Of a DNA stretch of 64,000 bases, positions 60,961 to 64,000 are shown one piece after another. The position numbers and the translations under genes were made by a program. The notes under the pieces are model-generated. The model saw nothing but the letters and a program-made list of their open reading frames with translations, had not been told where the DNA came from and did no database searches. The stretch's first letter is position 1; each line of letters opens with the position of its first letter. Source of the stretch: Caldisericota bacterium (lineage in GTDB: Bacteria; Caldisericota; JANLFM01); NCBI GenBank assembly GCA_024655965.1, contig JANLFL010000001.1:22049-86048 (forward strand), written 5' to 3'.

Positions 60961-62720
60961 AAAGAAAAAACCTTTCTCCGGGCTTTACCTTAACAGAACT
61001 GCTCGTGTCCATAGCAATTTTGAGCTTTATTGCCGTTTTCCTCATAATAATCACAGCGCAGATGGCCATGCTAACCGCCAAAACTCAGGTAAAAAATGTG
61101 GCCCTTTCCCTGGCTCAGGATAAAATTGAGGAACTTCGGGCAACCCTGGCGATACCGGTATCCGACTTCCAGGAGGAAATTTGGGTGGGGCAGCACAAGT
61201 ACATAAGGGTAGTTACCTCTACATTTTATAATAATTATGCCCGAACGGTAACTGTTACGGTGAAAGGTCCTGAAAATTTAGCAACCAGCGAGGTTTCTCT
61301 AAATACGCTTATTTATGCGGATCGCCCTCAGGTTTCTTTCTTCTTCCCTTCTGGGGCAACCGCCTACGTCAGAGATAGAGTAGTTTATGAGGGCACCATC
61401 CGGGATGATTCCCGGACTATTCCTAAAAACCAGATTCAATATCGCACAAGTTCGGATAAAGGAACGAGTTGGAGCACATGGAGTCCGCTAACAGAACTTT
61501 ATCAAGATAAAGATTGTACCTTAGCAGCTTCGGATCCGCTCCAGGTTGGTAAAACATATTATTTCCGGATCTCAACTTTAGAATCCCCAGCCGGGGATGG
61601 GAACACTTTGGACATTCAGGTTAAAGTTCTTAACTCCGCTGGGATTAGCAACCTCCTTCCTTCTGAGCCCATCTCCGGAGGTCCTTACGTGAGGTTGATT
61701 TCAGACCACACCAAACCCGAAGTCGGTACTCCTTCCCTCTCATCTACCCCATCCACAATTTCCCTAAAGGCAACTGCCACAGACACCGGAGCTGGAATTA
61801 GGGATATTTTTTGCATCATTGCCAACACTTCTACGACTCCAACCGAATTCCTCGGCCTCGACGATAACGGATATTACTGGAATGTGGAACCCTTTTACTT
61901 TCCAATGACTACTTCCGACTTTTTGAATTACAAATATACCATTACCCCATCAGCTTTATTAAATAACAACATGCCTGAGGGGACAATTTTATCCATTCAG
62001 TCTCTTGCCCTTGACCGGGTAATAGGGCGTTATTATGATTACGAGACTTTGATCCCCAACAACGGGCAATGGTTTAACATCTACGTTCCCTCTGAGAATG
62101 ATTATTTCGTCTGGGTGGGGTCTGGCGATAAGGTTGTAAAAGCCAACTTTAATAGCACTCTAACAGTAACGGTGGCTACTCCCTCAATCTCAGAAGTGAA
62201 AGCGGAGGTACTTACTCCTACGAGCTTGGCCCTTTCTGGAACAGTAAACCCCAATGGTCTGGAAACGACCTGCTTTTTCACATTGACTTCCTCCACCACC
62301 TCTTTCACTACTTCCCCCATAACCGTTCCCGCTGGGTATGATTTCGTTTCAACGGGAACAATTACTGTTGACTTACCCTCTGAGGGTGCATGGGAGGTCT
62401 CCATGGTGGCCCAGAATGCGGTGGGAAGGACCGAAAAAGAAAGTAACAAAGATATTTTAGTCGTTCAGCCAAATGGGGGGGAAGAATGGCATATAGGCGA
62501 AACGCAACATATATCCTGGACCACGGTAAATGTCTCAGAAATTAATATATATATTTCCCGAGACGGAGGGGAGTTTTCCATGATTGCGACCACCTCTACT
62601 TCCTCCCCGTATGCTTTGACTGTTACTGGACCTGCATCCAACGAGTGTTACATCAAGGTCGAGGATCAAGATTCCTCAATATGGGATCGGTCGGACCAAC
62701 CCATTAAAATTTTTCCTTAA
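60957..62720 (+). CDS. large minor pilin (PilV-like N terminus) with beta-sandwich repeats
   Basis: Signature LSPG/FTLTELLVSIAILSF. 587 aa with Ser/Thr-rich beta-rich repeats and a C-terminal module VVQPNGGEEWHIGETQHISW. Confidence 0.7.
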   Translation: MKRKNLSPGFTLTELLVSIAILSFIAVFLIIITAQMAMLTAKTQVKNVALSLAQDKIEELRATLAIPVSDFQEEIWVGQHKYIRVVTSTFYNNYARTVTVTVKGPENLATSEVSLNTLIYADRPQVSFFFPSGATAYVRDRVVYEGTIRDDSRTIPKNQIQYRTSSDKGTSWSTWSPLTELYQDKDCTLAASDPLQVGKTYYFRISTLESPAGDGNTLDIQVKVLNSAGISNLLPSEPISGGPYVRLISDHTKPEVGTPSLSSTPSTISLKATATDTGAGIRDIFCIIANTSTTPTEFLGLDDNGYYWNVEPFYFPMTTSDFLNYKYTITPSALLNNNMPEGTILSIQSLALDRVIGRYYDYETLIPNNGQWFNIYVPSENDYFVWVGSGDKVVKANFNSTLTVTVATPSISEVKAEVLTPTSLALSGTVNPNGLETTCFFTLTSSTTSFTTSPITVPAGYDFVSTGTITVDLPSEGAWEVSMVAQNAVGRTEKESNKDILVVQPNGGEEWHIGETQHISWTTVNVSEINIYISRDGGEFSMIATTSTSSPYALTVTGPASNECYIKVEDQDSSIWDRSDQPIKIFP

Positions 62721-62766
62721 GGTTCCCAAAAAATTAAAAAAATATAATAATAGATAAGGGGACAAA

Positions 62767-63966
62767 ATGAAAAGCGAAAGAGGATTAGCTTTAATAACAG
62801 TAATAATAGTTTTGGCAATCGTTTTGGTGGCTGTCTCGGCTACCATAATCCTTGCGAGGTCTGAAATCTCTACCTCCAAAAATCAAGAGAGAGGGACTGA
62901 GGTTTTGCACGAGGCCGAAGCAGGTATCAGTTGGGCAGCATCTCAGCTTAAGGCCAATTTAAATTTTGCTGCTACAACGCCTACCGTTCCCGCTGGGTTC
63001 CCCAATGTCCGCGTGTTAGTGGGCCAATCACCAGATGGAAGAACAGTCACGGTAACAGCCTGGGCAACCGACCCGACGCTAGGGGATTATCCGGAGGCTA
63101 AAAGGGCCATCAAAGCAACCTTTCAAGTGCGTATAGAACAGCAATACTCCCAGAGACCGTTTACCGCAAATGGAACAATAAATTTCAATAGTGAAAAAGG
63201 CGCTAATAAACTTGACATTGAATACTCGGGGGGTTCTGGACCGGCAATCCTTTCAAATTGGTCAACCGATAACCCTTCTGTCATATTTGACCCAGATGTT
63301 AGGTTCTCAGGAGATCCCACTACGCCAACAATTGGCTATGTGGCAGGTGGAGGAGTTTCTCCTTCAACTTATAAAAGCGCCGAGTATCCTCCACAGCCTG
63401 TTCCTTCAATGGACTGGGATTATTGGAAAAATACGGCTTCATCAGGGGGAACCATCCCAGGCGGCACCTGGTCAACAAATGGAATGACAGTTACTGGGCC
63501 AAAGCTCATTAATGGCGACCTGGTAATTAATGCCAACAACATAACCTTAAACGGGGTTTTCTATGTGACCGGAACTGTCACCATCGGCGCAAATCACATT
63601 TATGGCAATTTTACCCTGGTTTCCGAGGAAGATATCGTTTTTACCGAAAACGGAACTATCAAAATCCACGGTAATTCAGCTTTCTTGGCCAAAGGAGATG
63701 TCATCATTCAGCATAATGCTTCGATAAAGTATGATAGCCAAAAGGCAGGATTAATCTATGCACAGGGCGATTTCAGTGGATATAATGTCTCAATTGTCGA
63801 TTTTAACGGAGCAATCAGCGTTCAGGGCAAAATTGATTTAACAATTGGAGCACAGTTTAACGTTCACTGGCGTGACTTGATCAATACTCCGGGTTTACAA
63901 CCTCCTGGATTCTCAGGATTAGCCACCCCAGTTCTGGAGCGCTGGGAAGAGATACCTCCACCTTAG
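62767..63966 (+). CDS. PilX/GspK-like minor pilin with a C-terminal beta-helix-like domain
   Basis: Signature MKSERG/LALITVIIVLAIVLV, with no Glu+5 as in PilX/GspK. Repetitive NGDLVINANNITLNGVFYVTGTVTIGANHIYGNFTL. Confidence 0.65.
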   Translation: MKSERGLALITVIIVLAIVLVAVSATIILARSEISTSKNQERGTEVLHEAEAGISWAASQLKANLNFAATTPTVPAGFPNVRVLVGQSPDGRTVTVTAWATDPTLGDYPEAKRAIKATFQVRIEQQYSQRPFTANGTINFNSEKGANKLDIEYSGGSGPAILSNWSTDNPSVIFDPDVRFSGDPTTPTIGYVAGGGVSPSTYKSAEYPPQPVPSMDWDYWKNTASSGGTIPGGTWSTNGMTVTGPKLINGDLVINANNITLNGVFYVTGTVTIGANHIYGNFTLVSEEDIVFTENGTIKIHGNSAFLAKGDVIIQHNASIKYDSQKAGLIYAQGDFSGYNVSIVDFNGAISVQGKIDLTIGAQFNVHWRDLINTPGLQPPGFSGLATPVLERWEEIPPP

Positions 63967-64000
63967 GGTTAAATCTTCGGCACCTGAAAATCTTAGGGCC

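Noticed and set aside
1-64000. Mobile elements, prophage, integrases, toxin-antitoxin pairs or a defence island around the tRNA
   Set aside because: No transposase, integrase or phage-like ORF and no direct repeat of the tRNA 3' end were noticed. The HerA operon is the only defence-like candidate and is treated as an open alternative in the findings.

Overview
All calls below come from reading the supplied ORF translations and the DNA by eye. No database search or folding program was run, so family assignments are motif-based and hedged.

The window is about 64 kb of a gene-dense genome. It looks like an uncultivated anaerobic, possibly thermophilic, bacterium, judging from charged, Ile/Lys/Glu-rich proteins, a V-type ATPase, an SLH-domain wall protein and Flx/Hdr redox modules. 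I cannot assign the taxon. I call about 63 CDS and one tRNA-Val(GAC). I saw no rRNA, CRISPR array, transposase, integrase or phage genes.

Layout:
1. **1-8.3 kb, housekeeping.** V-ATPase D tail, RimI, FolD, Ddl, an aminotransferase, HAD and SIMPL proteins.
2. **8.4-16.5 kb, a translationally coupled plus-strand operon.** Order is radical-SAM (AmmeMemoRadiSam type), HerA, Zn-deacetylase (HDAC family), Mre11/SbcD-like nuclease, Rad50/SbcC-like ATPase and a DUF1461 membrane protein. The Rad50-like coiled-coil apex is a two-helix membrane hairpin instead of a zinc hook. The matching NurA nuclease sits detached at 19.6 kb, behind the tRNA.
3. **24.3-55.0 kb, a 30-kb co-directional minus-strand block of 28 genes.** It encodes the methylmalonyl-CoA pathway: BirA, transcarboxylase 12S/1.3S/5S, B12 mutase, MeaB and epimerase. 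These are followed by GcvH plus a lipoate ligase, class I fumarase and two heterodisulfide-reductase-type modules. Module A is a 1257-aa HdrA/NfnB-like/MvhD-like fusion with HdrC-like, HdrB-like (CCG) and anchor-less SdhB/SdhA-like fumarate reductase subunits. Module B is HdrC, HdrB, a 1468-aa double HdrA with an NfnB-like insertion, MvhD and Flx(Flox)-type Fe-S and NAD(P)H subunits. A malic enzyme lies between the two modules.
4. **55-64 kb, a type IV pilus locus.** An HD-GYP protein, three tandem pilin paralogues (one without a prepilin cleavage site), PilD, two FimT/GspH pseudopilins and very large minor pilins.

The most interesting candidate is module A together with GcvH/LplA. It may be a soluble, quinone-independent fumarate reductase / succinate dehydrogenase wired to an HdrA-type bifurcating flavoprotein, possibly using a lipoyl protein as a dithiol carrier. 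Second is the HerA-HDAC-Mre11-Rad50(TM) operon.
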